From NCBI RefSeq assembly GCF_009914755.1, contig NC_060933.1: a stretch of DNA of 64,000 nt. One strand, 5' to 3'. Position numbers and translations under genes: made by a program. This stretch comes from the human T2T-CHM13v2.0 reference genome, Homo sapiens. The notes under the pieces are model-generated. The model worked only from the letters and a program-made list of their open reading frames with translations, ran no database searches and had not been told where the DNA came from. Shown here in pieces: positions 1 through 17,335 of this stretch. Numbering within the stretch: position 1 is the stretch's first letter; every line of letters starts with the position of its first letter.

Positions 1-520
1 AGTTGGCACTTTCCACATTCAGAATGTACTTCTAATCAACTATGTGCATTTGATATATTTTCTCTTTTTCACAACATTGGTGAGTTGTGGCAAACTTTTT
101 GCCCCTTCTTAATAAGGATTATTTCTTTTTTCAGTTCTCAGAAACAATTTTTCTCCCTGTCTTTGCAGACTTCATCAATAGTTGCATTGAACCTTTTACA
201 ACTTTCAGTAACAGATTCCTCAAGATCCTTCAAGTTTCAGCCTGGCACCCAGCCCAAAGCCAATGGTAAATTTTTAAGTTTTTATTACAGGAGAACACTA
301 TGTTCAGGTACCAATTTTTTGTTCTAAGAAACAGAAATTTCTGTTTCATAACAAACCACCCCAAAACTTTGTGGTTTAGTATAAGAATTTTATTATGTTA
401 ATGGATTCTTCTCAGGTCAGGATTCAGATCAAGCTCAGCAGGGATGACTTGTTTCTATTACACAATTTCTGTGCCCTCAGTTAGGAAGCCACAAAACCTT
501 AGGATGACTCACATTTCCAG
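1..520 (-). mobile_element. MaLR (MLT1-type) internal-region start plus adjoining LTR fragment
   Basis: 'ggtaccaattttttgt' near 308-323 resembles the reverse-complemented MaLR LTR/internal junction. It is followed by 'aacaaaccaccccaaaactttgtggttta...ggtcaggattcag...gctcagcaggga', typical of the reverse strand of MLT1 LTRs. Boundaries approximate. Confidence 0.6.
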
Positions 521-1193
521 TTCCTGGGTTTAGTGCAGGACATAAGGCCCACTCTAGGAATTTCCAGCTGAAGGAATGGACTACAGAGAATTTGTTGCTA
601 AAGAATTGGGAGAGAAAAAGTAAGGGGGTTCCAATAGACTTTGAGTTTCTCTACCACACTTTGCTAGCTGTAGTTCAGAGGTCAAAAAAATGCTGCTGCT
701 GCTACTGCTGCTACCACTATTTCCCCCACTCCCAAAAACCCCAGCATAACTGCTTCCCACCGAGTCTTGAATCCAGAACATGAGATTTTGGGGTAACTTG
801 CCAATCAGCTGCTACCACTATATGTGTCTGTCCCCCTTCCACCTTTATAATCTCCCAACTGCAAGAGCATCTGGTAAATACATATTTTACATTGTCTAAT
901 CATTTTAACTAGAAGTAAAAGAGAAAAGTTAATTTCAACTAAAGCAAATCTACAATCAACACTGGGGCTCTCATCTGCTTTCCCTGAAACTGCCTTTCTT
1001 TCTCAGAACATTGAGTTATGCATAAACACTTAATGTTATCCATTTGTAAGACTGAACTACTGTATTCTCAGTACTTCTGAAGATTTTTCATATTTCATTT
1101 ATTGATGGCATCTCTTCTCTCTTCTTTATTTACTAATTTTTAATATCTTACTATTCATTGTATTTTTAACTTGTAAGCTAAAGTGTGCATAAG

Positions 1194-1195
<2 letters not shown>

Positions 1196-1226
<31 letters not shown>
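1196..1226. repeat. (TG)15 microsatellite
   Basis: Direct reading of an uninterrupted TG run. Confidence 0.97.
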
Positions 1227-1228
<2 letters not shown>

Positions 1229-1589
1229 TTGGAATGAGAGAATAACCTTTATTCTTTGTGAACTTTGCTATGTGTACTAGGATTTTCTACCACTTAGATT
1301 TTTTTGTTGTTGCTCTAATCGGACAACATCATAAAATTGTGCTTTTAAAAATTTAAACATTTTACAGAAATATAAAGTAAAAATTCATTCACAATTCAAC
1401 CATAGGCTTAATCAACTAATTTATAGGCTTTATCCTTCTATCATTTTCTATACCAAAATAACCCTATTGTCATGTATGTTTCTTGTGTTGGTGGTGTGAT
1501 GCTTGAAAATATAATAGGGATTAATATGTCAAACCAATTTATAATTTATTATACACAAATGCACCCAGAAAACATGCAGGTAGACACTA

Positions 1590-2073
1590 CAGTAACCCCC
1601 TCCTTAGCTGAGGTTTTATTTTCCACAGTTTCAGTTACCCACATAAACTGCCATCTGAAAATATTAAATGAAAAAATGTTGGAAATAAACAATTCATAAG
1701 TTTTAAATTGTGCAACATTCTGAGTAGTATGATGAAATCTCACACTGTCCCATTGCATCCAAGCCAGGATGTGAACTGTTTCTTTGTCCAGCATATAAGA
1801 CCCTGTCTATGTACTGGCCTGTTAGTCAGTAGCCTTGTAGCTTATCAGTTAAACTGTCATTGTCTCACAGTGCTTGTGTTCAAGCAACACCGATTTTACT
1901 TAATAATGGCCTAACGCCCAAGATTACTGTACCTAATTTATAAATTAAACTTTAATATGGATATGGATATGTAGGAAAAAACATGATATGTATAGAGTTC
2001 GGTACTATCTGCAGTTTCAGGCATATACTAGGGGTCTCAGAATGTATCCCTCATGGATAAGAGGGGACTAATG
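1590..2073 (+). mobile_element. MER44-family (Tigger7-derived) non-autonomous DNA transposon
   Basis: Terminal inverted repeats 'cagtaaccccctccttagc' ... 'gataagaggggactaatg', TA on both sides (1588-1589, 2074-2075). Internal 'gaaataaacaattcataagttttaaattg' and 'ttcggtactatctgcagtttcaggcat' match the recalled MER44 consensus. Confidence 0.85.
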
Positions 2074-2126
2074 TATTTTTTTGTTAAAACAGTATTTTGC
2101 AAAATGACAATTAAAAAAATATACAG

Positions 2127-3436
2127 GGTGTGGCTGGCAAAATGGCCAAATAGGAACAGCTCCAGTCTCCAGCTCCCAGAGAGATCAACACAGAAGGCGG
2201 GTGATTTTCACATTTCCAACTGAGGTACCCAGTTCATCTCATTGGGACTGGTTAGAGAGTGGGTGCAGCCCATGGAGGGCAAGCAGAAGCAGAGTGGGAC
2301 GTCTCCTCACCCAAGAAGCACAAGGGGTTGGGGAATCCCTCCTCTAGCCAAGGGAAGCTGTGACGGACTGTGCCGAGAGAAATGGTGTACTCCAGTCAAG
2401 ATACTATGCTTTTCCCATGGTCTTCACAATCCAAAGACCAGGAGATTCCCTCGTGTGCCTACACATCTCTAGGGCCCTGGGTTTCAAGCACAAAACTGGG
2501 TGGCCATTTGGGCAGACACCAAGCTAGCTGCAGGAGTTTTGTTTCATACCCCATGGGTGCCTGGAATGCCGGTGAGGCATTTCCCCTGGAAAGGGAGCTG
2601 AAGCCAGGGAGCCAAGTGGTCTAGCTCAGTGGATCCCACTCAGCATATTCCACCCTCATGGAACCCAGCAAGCTAAGAACCACTGGCTTAAAATTTCACG
2701 CTGCCAGCACAGCAGTCTGAAGCTGACCTGGGATGCTCCAGCTTGGTAGGGTGAGGGGCATCCGCCATTACTGAGGTTTGAGTAGGCAGTTTTCCCTCAC
2801 AGTGTAAACAAAGCCACCTGGAAGTTTGGACTGGTTGGAGCCCACCGCAGCTCAGCAAAGCCGCTATAGCCAGACTGCCTGTCTAGATTCCTCCTCTCTG
2901 GGCAGGGCATCTCTGAAAGAAAGGGAGCAGTCCCAGTCAGGGGCTTATAGCTAAAACTCCAATCTCCCTGTGACAGAGCACCTAGGGGAAGGGGCGACTG
3001 TAGGCGCAGTTTCAGCAGACTTAAACGTTCCAGCCTGCCAGCTTTGAAAAGAGCAGCGGATCTCCCACCACAGCGCTTGAGCTCTGCTAAGGGACAGACT
3101 GCCTCCTCAAGTGGGTCCCTGACCCCCATGCCTCCTTATGCAGGAGAGCTCTGGCTGGCATCTGGCAGGTGCCCCTCTGGGACAAGGCTTCCAGAGGAAG
3201 AAACGGGCAGCAATCTTTGCTGTTCTGCAGTCTCCACTGGTGATACCCAAGCCAACAGGGTCTGGAGTAGACCTCCAGAAAACTCCAGCAGACCTGCAGC
3301 AGAGGTGACTGACTCTTAGAAGGAAAACTAACAAACAGAAAAGAATAGCATCAACATCAACAAAAAGGATGTCTGCACAAAAACCCCATCCAAAGATCAC
3401 CAACAGCGAAGACCAAAGGTAGATAAATACACGAAG
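2127..3436 (+). promoter_or_regulatory. L1 5'UTR internal promoter region (YY1-like motif CAAAATGGCC at 2138-2147)
   Basis: Position and sequence match the primate L1 5'UTR. Most CpGs have decayed to TpG/CpA, so current activity is doubtful. Confidence 0.6.
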
Positions 3437-4448
3437 ATGAGGAAAAACCAGCACAATAAGGCTGAAAATTCCAAAAACCAGAACACCTCTTCTCCAAAGG
3501 ATCACAACTCTTCACCAGCAAGGAAACAAAAGTGGACGGAGAATGAGTTTGATGAATTGACAGAAGTAGGCTTCAGACGGTGGGTAATAACAAACTCCAC
3601 AGAGCTAAAAGAGCATGTTCTAAACCAATGCAAGGAAGCTAAGAACCTTGGAAAAAGGTTAGAGGCTAACTAGAATAACCAGTTTAGAGAAGAACAAAAA
3701 TGAAATGATGGAGCTGAAAAACACAGCATGAGAATTTCGTGAAGCATACACAAGTATCAATAGCTGAATCGATTAAATGGAATAAAGGATATCAGAGATT
3801 GGAGATCAACTTAATGAAATAAAGCATAAAGACAAGATTAGAGAAAAAATAAAAGGAATGAGTAAAGCCTCCAAGAAATATGGGATTATGTGAAAAGATC
3901 AAGCCTACGTTTGATTGGTGTACCTGAAAGTGACAAGGAGAATGGAACCAAGTTGGAAAACACTCTTCAGGATATTATCCAGGAGAACTTTCCCAACCTA
4001 GCAAGACAGGCCAACTTGCAAATTCAAGAAATACAGAGAATACCACAAAGATACTCCTCAAGAAGTGCAGCCCCAAGACACAACTGTCAGATTCACCAAG
4101 GTTAAAATGAAGGAAAAAACGTTAAGGGCAGCAAGAGAGAAGGGTCAGGTTACCCACAAAGGGAAGCCCATCAGACTAACAGTGGAACTCTCTGCAGAAA
4201 CCCTACAGGCCAGAAGAGAGTGGTGGGCAATATTCAACATTCTTAAAGAAAATAATTTTCAACCCAGAATTTAATATCCCGCCAAACTAAGCTTCACAAG
4301 TGAAGGAGAAATAAAATTCTTTACAGACAAGCAAATGCTGATGGATTTTGTCACCACTAGGCCTGCCTTACAAAAGTTCCTGAAGGAAGCACTAAATATG
4401 GAAAGGAAAAACCATTACCAGCCACTAAAAAAACAAACCAAAATGTAA
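3437..4448 (+). pseudogene. L1 ORF1p (RNA-binding chaperone), disrupted
   Basis: ORF fragments MRKNQHNKAENSKNQ...GFRRWVITN (3437-3673), LRLIGVPESDKENGTKLENTLQDIIQENFPNLARQ (3890-4105) and AAREKGQVTHKGKPIRLT (4065-4274). Several stops and frameshifts. Confidence 0.92.
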
Positions 4449-4511
4449 AGGCCATTGACACTATGAAGAAATTGCATCAACTAATGGGCAAAATAACCAA
4501 TTAGCATCATA

Positions 4512-8357
<3,846 letters not shown>

Positions 8358-11300
8358 ATAATGAGAACACATGGACACAGGGAGGGGAACATCACACTCC
8401 AGGGTCTGTCTGTGGGTGAGGGTTAGGGGAGGGAGAGCATTAGGAGAAATACCTAATGTAACTGATGGGTTGATGGGTGTGGCAAACCACCATGGCACTT
8501 GCATACCTATGTAACAAACCTGCACGTTCTGCACATGTGTCTCAGAACTTAAAGTAAAATTAAAAAAGAAAAAAAAACAAACAACAAATAATACATATAC
8601 AGAAATATCTGCTGAATACCAAGAATATTCTGATTATTGAAGCATTTTTATTACCACTCTAAACTTTTCTGCACATAACACAAATGGAATTCATTTTAAT
8701 AACTTGTTTTCTAAACTGATTTTAAATCTATGAAGGTAGTAATTGCATACATAGATAAATCACAACTACATTGGCATTTATACTGACCTTATAAATTCTA
8801 TGTGCTTTTATTTTCTTGACATGTTTTATTATTTCAGATATTTTAGTAATTGTCCCTATGTCTCTATAGATACGTGTGGTTGTACAATATTTTAAACCAA
8901 GATAACCAACTCTATCCTATAGGGCATTATAAACTTAAGATTTCACAATGGGGGAAAAAGAAAACAAAGTTACAGGATATGTATGGAACATGCTTATATA
9001 AGTGTTCCTTCTTTTGCATCATCAAAAGCAATATAATAAATATCTGTATATTAATGACTTTGTGAAGGTTCTTACTAAGAAAAATTTTATTTTTTGTTAT
9101 GAATTTCTTACTGTATTTTTAACAAAAATCTATGGAGTATTTTAGGAGATGCTATAACATATGACTATATTTGAGAAAATTATGTTTTTTAATCACATCT
9201 ACACTCAAATCACTTATAAAATACTCCATTGAAAATCTGTTTTAAATATTATCTCACAGAACATTTTGATATTTTAGCCTTTTTGGTTTGTTTTTGCAAT
9301 GTTTTTTGTTAATTGAGAAGGACAAGGTTTACTTCATTCTTGACCACCCAGGATATAAAATCACATCATAGATAGCTGTGTAAATCCTTAGAAATAAAAG
9401 AGATAACCATCTGTTCTGAACGGTTCAACCCCAAGAAAAATTATTAGATCTCTCAAGTTTCTTCCAGTTTAATTATTTTTCTGTTAGGAAATTTTAGAAA
9501 AATATTGCCCACTGACAGTTAAGATCAAAATATACATTTGCAAGTGTACCTTCAATGCATTCTTTCCTTATTGTTGGGGAAGAGCAGAGTGATAGGGATG
9601 CAGGAATGGTTGTCCTATTTTTTCTCCTATTTTCTCATCTAGAGGAAAATCGCTTTGCACGTTTTCTTTTATATCCATATTTCAAAAGGACACCCTTAAG
9701 GATGAGAGCAATAGAAATAAATTTATTTTATAATTTTCTTCCTGTTCCATATCTATTGTAGAACTGTATCCTCTATATATGGGGAAAAAAAGAAATGTCA
9801 GCTGTGAGATTCATGGTTTTTGTGAGATGGGATGGGTTACAAAAATAAATCCTATAATCTAAGTTTCCATTTTGTCTTGGTTACCACATTCAATGCCTAA
9901 TTTTAGACATTCTAAATACTTGACACCATCTACTCTCACTGGCTCCTTTAAAAATGTATAAAGATTTTATTCTTTAATGTATTTTACTTTTGTAAGTTAT
10001 TTTAGTAGATAAAATGTACTCCACCTTTTATGGTGGAGCGAAGTTATTATATAAATATAAAAATCAAAATGCCTGATTTTGTTTTAAGAAACTCTGTATA
10101 AATGAAGATGAAAAAGGATTTTATTAGAAGAAATTGTCTCTGGATATTGAACTTTGAGCCAGAGCATGGCAAGTAAAACCCTTTGGTTTGTAGTGAGGCA
10201 GTCTCCTGAATGAAAAAAAAAAAATGTTGAAGGAAATATCCTAAGAACAGGTTTTAGTACAAGGCCGAATGATCTAACCATTACTGGCTACGGAATGAAA
10301 ACTACACATCAACATTACACAAATGGGAAAAGTTAAAGAAAGGGAATTGTCGTGCTCTGGAGCCAAAGGGAAATAGCAGCAGAAAACAACTCAGTCTGTA
10401 TGTAGTAGCAAGCACCTCTGTGATCTCTCCCATAGATGGAAACCATAGTTAACTTGCAGAGATAGATAGAAGCCACCTTCATTCCAACTTCCAAATGGCT
10501 CTTGCATTGTTACTAACACTCTAAATGAAGGTACTTATTGTCTTACTCCTATACACATCTTTGAAACATAAATGTTTCTATGAGTGTAACACATAAGTCT
10601 GAGTAGGTTTTTCAAGGTATCTTTACTCTGAGACAGGAGGCTAAGCTAATTTAGTCATATGAAAACTTCAGGGTATTTGTGAGAGAGCTGGGGAGATGTT
10701 GGGATTAGAGGAAAGATAAAAGAGAAAACAAGGAGAAATAGAAGAAAATAAGGGGGTATATTGAGAGGAGCCATAGAGTTGGAATTTGGAAGGTGTTAAT
10801 GTGGTAAACTGAATTAATCAATTAAGCCTGGCATTTCTATGATAAAATTTACTTCAGCATATATTATTTTTTATCATTTGTTAATAATTATCCTCATAAA
10901 TGAAAGTGACTATAATTTTCTTTTTCTTACTATTCTTGCCCAATTTGAGACTCAGACTTATTTTAGCCTCATATTATGAGTTTGGGAGCATTCTGTTTCC
11001 TGGAAAAGTTTATATGTTCCTTTAAGTTTTGAGAAAACTAATCTACACAATTTTCTGGATCTGAGAAAACTAAAGAGAAAACTTTTAAATTCCACCACTT
11101 TCCTGAGACTTCTCAATGAAACCTCTTTATAGGGTCATTGATTTTACCATATCTGACCAGAGAGTGAGCAGAAAAATCTGCAAATATAAAAGAATATAAC
11201 AAAATATTAAGAGTTTTAGTAATTTTAATAATTAAATGAAATCATGTCAGTTGGTTACTCTTGCGTTTTATCCTATTCAATAATTATTGGGATTTATGAA

Positions 11301-14300
11301 TGGTTTAACCAAATACATAATATTGAATCATCTAGCATTAAATCTAAATATTTCTCCACTTCACTTAAAATATGACCTATTTAGCATTTTGGCTCTCAAC
11401 TATGATTATGACTTTAAAGTTTACTAAGAGTTTGCCATATGTGATATTTAATCTAAAACATTAAAATTCAGTATATGTTTCAAGCCAAACTTTCTGTTTT
11501 GGATTTTTATTTATCCATTACCTTTACTGAATTTGAAATGTTTTTAACTTTCATGTGATAGTAATCTTAGTTATATTTATCAAATCGCCTTTTTCTTTCT
11601 AAAATAAAATTTGTAGTTTTATAGAGAAGGGAAGAAACAAAAGATTTTTCCTTTAGTCACGTTAAAAATTAGGATAACAAGGAATCACAAATAATATCAA
11701 AATAGTATTAAGATTTCTTCTATGTTATGGATTAAACATTTCTTAATGAAAACAAGCCTTTTGACATTATCCAAGAAAATATACATCATGTCTATTTAAC
11801 ACCAATGGTTCTGGATGACAAGAGGAAACTTTAAGCAAGTATCATGGTTTTTTAAAATTTGTATATTTTTATCTGAACGAAATCACTACAATTCTAAAAC
11901 GTTACCACTATGATATGTTAAAGCATTGAGAAATATTGTAATATTCAAATGTTTGGAAGCATTTGTTCTTTTAATGTCAGATTGTGCCTAAGTTTTTGGC
12001 ATTGTGTATCTTTGATAGTAGCATGAATACATGGAGTGTATTTGAATAGGAAATAATCCTTTGAATAGTATTTTAGAGTTTACAAGTAGTCTTTTTAATC
12101 ATTAGTTTTATTTGATCCTTGCCAATGTATTTGGAGTAGCTATGTCAAGTGTTGTTAATGGCATTTAACAAATGAAGAGAGTGAGGATGTCAAAAGTGAA
12201 ATCACATATTAAGTGCAAAGTTGAAACTGGTATCCACATGTTTCTTTAAATTTAATGACTCCTATAACACAGGAAAGTAATGGCAGTAAACTGTAATGGC
12301 AAATACAGCCAGAAAGGAAAATATGGTGGTAATAATAGAAATGGGCATAAATAAAGTGTGTATTCTGTGTTTAAAATATCATATCATGTTTAATATTACT
12401 AACAATTTTATGAGGGAGAAAATCTTATCGCCAATTATCAGAGGTCAAATCCAAAAGGTTAATTTGCTCAAGGTCATAAAGCCAATCATTTTGGATATGT
12501 GATATAATATTTTCAACTCCAAGACAATCAAAACGAAGACTCCTTAAAATCTGATAGGAGATTGTCTTAAAAACTAAAATGTGTCCATTTATCTGAGATT
12601 TGAAACCCAATCATTTAAAATAAATATTTGAAGTTAGAGAGTTGTGTTTTCATATCCTTGTCAGTTGTCCATTTTTGCCAGTCTAGAAAAGGGGGAAAAA
12701 TTCTTCCAGAATTTTTAGAAAATCAATATCAAGAGCAACTGGTTCTCGGCTTTTTCTTAGACAACTGATGTTTATATTAGTTTCATTTTCATTACTATAA
12801 GTTACCACTGAAGTTTTCCTACCCTGCCAACCACTCACATCTATTATTTTGTCCTATAAAATTAGAAAACAGAACAAAAGAAAGGAGAAAGTTAATATAT
12901 CCTGTGGTATGGGATATTGTTGCTTTGAACATATTAAGACAGAATTTATGGGGAACCAGATTAATTTTAAGAAACTCCCTGTGGGTTCTGTTTGTTGTTT
13001 TGAATCGCTTTAATAGTAAACTTGCATTATTTATGTTTATTAATATTTAGAATGCACTCTGCAAGGATGATTTTCATCTGAGTTATAATTAGTCTCAGCT
13101 GATGAATGCAATAAAATGATTATAAACAACTTTGTGAGATCATTATCAGTGTCGTGGGAGAAAATGTTAAAACACTGTTCCAATGTTTTACCTTCAGAGA
13201 TCCACTGAAATGAGTTTCAACCCATTTAAAACCTTACATACATCATTATAAATTTATACTTTCTCTCCTGAAGTTATTGAACTTTATGTACTGATTCACT
13301 CTTCCAGAATCCAACTGACATTTCTTCTGTCTAAAATCTTTCTTCTGTCTAAAAATCTTCAAGCATTCTTTGTTATTCATTTCTGAATCTAAAGATATGT
13401 TCTTTGTGAAATATTTAGAAAATAAAGAGTTATATAAATAACTACATAAACATTATCCATAAAATTATCATGCAGAGATAATAACTCTTGGCTTTTAAAC
13501 ATATTTTATTTAATTAGGACCTGCGATGATTTATGTGGTTGTGTGGTTTATGTATGGATATATGCATTTTACATAATTGAGTTGATATTTTATGTATAAT
13601 ATCCTAGGAGTTATTTTCACTTGACACCAAGTAAGAACATTGTTTATTTCTTTTAATAGTTTTTGAAAACTTTTTTTTTAACTAACTAAATAATTTGGAT
13701 AATATTATAGTGAAATTAACCACTTCACTCTGGTATCTTTAAGTAATGTTTTTGATTTGTCAATGAGATGAATAATAATATAATGGTAATAGTAATAATA
13801 GATTGTTATTTGAATATTTCCTCTGCCTAAATAAATATGACTTTAGAAATGAAGCTTACCACAACATTTTTAGGGCTTTTTATATATATTGTAAGGTTAT
13901 GGTTCAGAAAAGTTTTATCTATTTGCATGACTACCAGTATTTGAGAGTACCCGCCTTAAGTGCACTAAATATTATTGGTAACATTTGCGTAGTTGATCAA
14001 TGTAAGAGTTTGTTCATTTTATATTTACTCTATTTTCTTTAGTTATTTGTAAGAAGGATTTTTTCCTTTTTCAAATAACCATTTTTAATTTTACCAAATA
14101 TGTACATTACATATTTAAACTGTTACATTTTCTAAGAATAGACTTTTCAGAATTTTAGTTAATGTATTTTGTTGCTTATATTTATAAGAATAAATAATGA
14201 GGCTCCTTTTTAATGTTTTGATACTATTAGTAGCAGTAGTACCAATAAATATATACTTTTTACTTCTAATTTCTTTGATTTTGTTTTATTACTTTGTTTT

Positions 14301-14749
14301 TTAACCAAAAGCATAATCTGCATTTTTCTTTTTTAAAAAACATACAGTTTTTGAGTACATCTTTTGTGGTAGCTCTTAGTTTTGATAGGTTGTTTTTGCA
14401 TTTTTATTTGCTAAAAGCTCAATAATTTTAGTCATGCAATGTGGTTTATTTGGGACAATTTGTATATTCAAGCAATTTGATTATTTTCTGTTGATACATT
14501 TTGATAATTAACTAATAATAATGAGAAAAACAGCATACTCAAATATTTCTATGGAGTTTTTACCCTAAATTATCATTTTTCTCTAAGCATTTTGTGCACA
14601 TTTTGTGTTATTAAATGCAAGCTTTATTTTACTTATGTTATTGACTTGTTCCCACCGTATTAATTTCCTTCTTGTCATACCCATCGCAACACATGCTCCT
14701 CTGTTTTCTTTTATTCAGCCAAATCTCTTCATAGATACATAATTGTAAA

Positions 14750-16155
14750 ATCCTAGGTAAGTGTTTCCTTTTCTCTATGTACTTTTACCAAATAGATCTC
14801 ATTCAGCATTATGGTTTCAAATAAAATCAATGTGCAAATAACATCCACATTTATATATTCAGACTTGATTTATCCATTGAGCTCCTCCAACCTACTTGAC
14901 ACCTCCATTTGGGTTATCTGTTATCAAGCTCCAATTTACACATCTAGAAGAGAATTTTTTTTTTTTAGTCAGTCTAAATGTCATCCTTGGATTTCTATCC
15001 TCCTTTTTCACCACCCACATTCTACCCATCAACATATGATCAGTCCTCTAACCCAAATATTTCTTGAATCTATCTGCATATATTCTTCTCTTCTATGTTC
15101 CTTCTTCAGCTGTTACTGTTGACCTGGAACCTAGTTGCCAATATTTTTTTCAGCATATCTGCAAAGTGCCAATATGATATCCCAGTTTTCTCTTGTTTAG
15201 AGTTTTGATCAATTTCTCACACATCATCTGTACCAAACACCCTCCTCTGCTTTCCCGTTATATATAGTACATCCAAACTTTTTCTACTGACCCACCACCC
15301 TATGGGATCTGGCATTGGCTTATCTGTCTCTCCTCACTTTCTTTTTTTTTTTTTTTTTAAATTTTTTTTTTTTTTTATTATACTCTAAGTTTTAGGGTAC
15401 ATGTGCACATTGTGCAGGTTAGTTACATATGTATACATGTGCCATGCTGGTGTGCTGCACCCACTAACGTGTCATCTAGCATTAGGTATATCTCCCAATG
15501 CTATCCCTCCCCCCTCCCCCGACCCCACCACAGTCCCCAGAGTGTGATATTCCCCTTCCTGTGTCCAAGTGATTTCATTGTTCAATTCCCACCTATGAGT
15601 GAGAATATGCGGTGTTTGGTTTTTTGTTCTTGCGATAGTTTACTGAGAATGATGGTTTCCAATTTCATCCATGTCCCTACAAAGGACATGAACTCATCAT
15701 TTTTTATGGCTGCATAGTATTCCATGGTGTATATGTGTCTCTCCTCACTTTCTATCAGGAAATGAGAATCCTTTCTCATTATGTCTGCTTTGACCTCAGG
15801 ATGTTTTCACTTTGTAATTTCTCCACTGAGAGAGCTATTTTGCTAATCTCCTCATAAGCAAATCCTTTTCATTGCTTAGTTCTCGGTGAAAATGTTCTTT
15901 TCCAAGAGAGGCCATGATTCTCTTTCCTAATGCTGTATCTCCATCATTCTTCTCCTCACTAATCTGTTTTATTTTGCTTATAGATATTATCAATAATAGA
16001 AAAAATTAATTATGTATTCATTTTTAAATTTCCTTATGTCTCCCTTATTAGAACTGATTTTAATAAGAACCAGGGCTTGTCAAAATTGCACATTAATATA
16101 TCCCCACTATAAAAAAAAGAAAAGCAATAGTGAAATCTCTACAGATATTTGTTGA
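14750..16155 (+). mobile_element. LINE-2 3' fragment, interrupted by the L1HS insertion
   Basis: Pyrimidine-rich L2-like text ('tcatccttgg...cacccacattctacccatcaac...caaatatttcttgaatctatc'), ending 'agatatttgttgaa' like an L2 3' terminus. Boundaries approximate. Confidence 0.6.
15343..15737 (-). mobile_element. 5'-truncated L1HS, pre-Ta subfamily (ACG/G)
   Basis: Minus strand reads ...GCTAGATGACACGTTAGTGGG... (ACG) and ...CCCTAAAACTTAGAGTATAATAAA (G). Perfect 18-bp TSD TGTCTCTCCTCACTTTCT at 15325-15342 and 15736-15753, long poly(A). Confidence 0.93.
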
Positions 16156-17114
16156 AAAACACTACCATATCATTATTATAAATTATAGGTTTTATCAATA
16201 TGTAATCGCACTCTTTATATGATTTGACAGCATTTTGTTTAATTCTAATATTAGTATCCACTTATGGATTTTACTTTTACCAAATAAAATTTCACCTAGT
16301 CTTTAATTTTCAACCTTTTTTATTTTTGCTGTTTTCAACTTCATTTTGTTTTAAATATCTATTTGAATCAGCATGTAATTAGATTTTGTTTTGTAAGACA
16401 ATTGATGAGACTTTCTGTTTTAGAAGATAAGTTTAAGCCAATTACGTTTATTATCAGAACTCACAACTTCTATCATATTTTTCCATGCATTTATTTTTTA
16501 ATGTTTTCTTATGAATTCTTTTTTTATTTGATTATCTTGGCAACTCAATGATACTTGTTTTCTTAATTTCTATGCATGCTTATTGGTTTTAGCCATTATT
16601 TTACATACGGTGTTATAATCATAAAAATTTGCATGTAAACTTATATTCTAAGTCATCTATAGGAAAGATGAGGGCTTCAGATATTTTTCTTACTCTGCTG
16701 CCTTATCAGTTGTTGTTAGTGAGATCTGTGATTTCCAATGGGAATTATTGTCATTTTTCAAATTTCATTATTTATTTCAATAATTATTGTTTATTCTTTC
16801 ATTGTCTTTATCATATATAGCTATTTGTCTACTTCTACTTATACTTCTTTAAAGCTTTAGTATAATTTTTAACCCCTCACCAGTTGTCTTATGCTATATT
16901 TTTTGTTTATCAGTATTTAATTCTGATATATACATAAAATATTTAGATATAGATTGCAGAAACATTGATGCCTTTTTGTGTGTATTTAACATAAAATTAA
17001 AAAACTAAAATTCTAAGCATACAATCATCTGATAAGGAAGTTTTAATCAATAGTTAACCAAGCTAAGATCATTGGTTTGAGCAGAGGAATTAACATGCTA
17101 TTTTACTTACAGAC

Positions 17115-17335
17115 TTGTTATAGCTTTATCTATTATGACTATGACTAGGATCCATTTCAAGTTAAGTTTTTGTATTAATGGAAGATAATGGTCAAGTTCA
17201 TTGTTATTCCTATATGATTATCCTGTTGTCATAGTTCCAATTGTTGAAACGCCTACTGGTTTTCTACAAATCTATTTTGGAACATTTATTAAAAATCAGT
17301 TATCCATAGGTGTGTGTATATTTCTGAACTCTTTA
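17115..17335 (-). mobile_element. Ancient L1M ORF2 fragment
   Basis: 'gatccatttcaagttaagtttttgta...tatcctgttgtcatagttccaattgttgaaa...aaaatcagttatccataggtgtgtgtatatttctgaactct' matches antisense L1 ORF2. Confidence 0.6.

Noticed and set aside
2797-3505. Antisense ORFs of 110 and 132 aa in the L1 5'UTR as possible ORF0
   Set aside because: Position and sequence do not match ORF0 as I recall it. They are the usual incidental antisense frames of L1PA 5'UTRs.
15403-15717. Two near-identical 104-aa ORFs (15403-15717 + and 55294-55608 -) suggesting a duplicated gene
   Set aside because: Both are the antisense frame of the L1 3' end, and the similarity reflects shared L1 origin.
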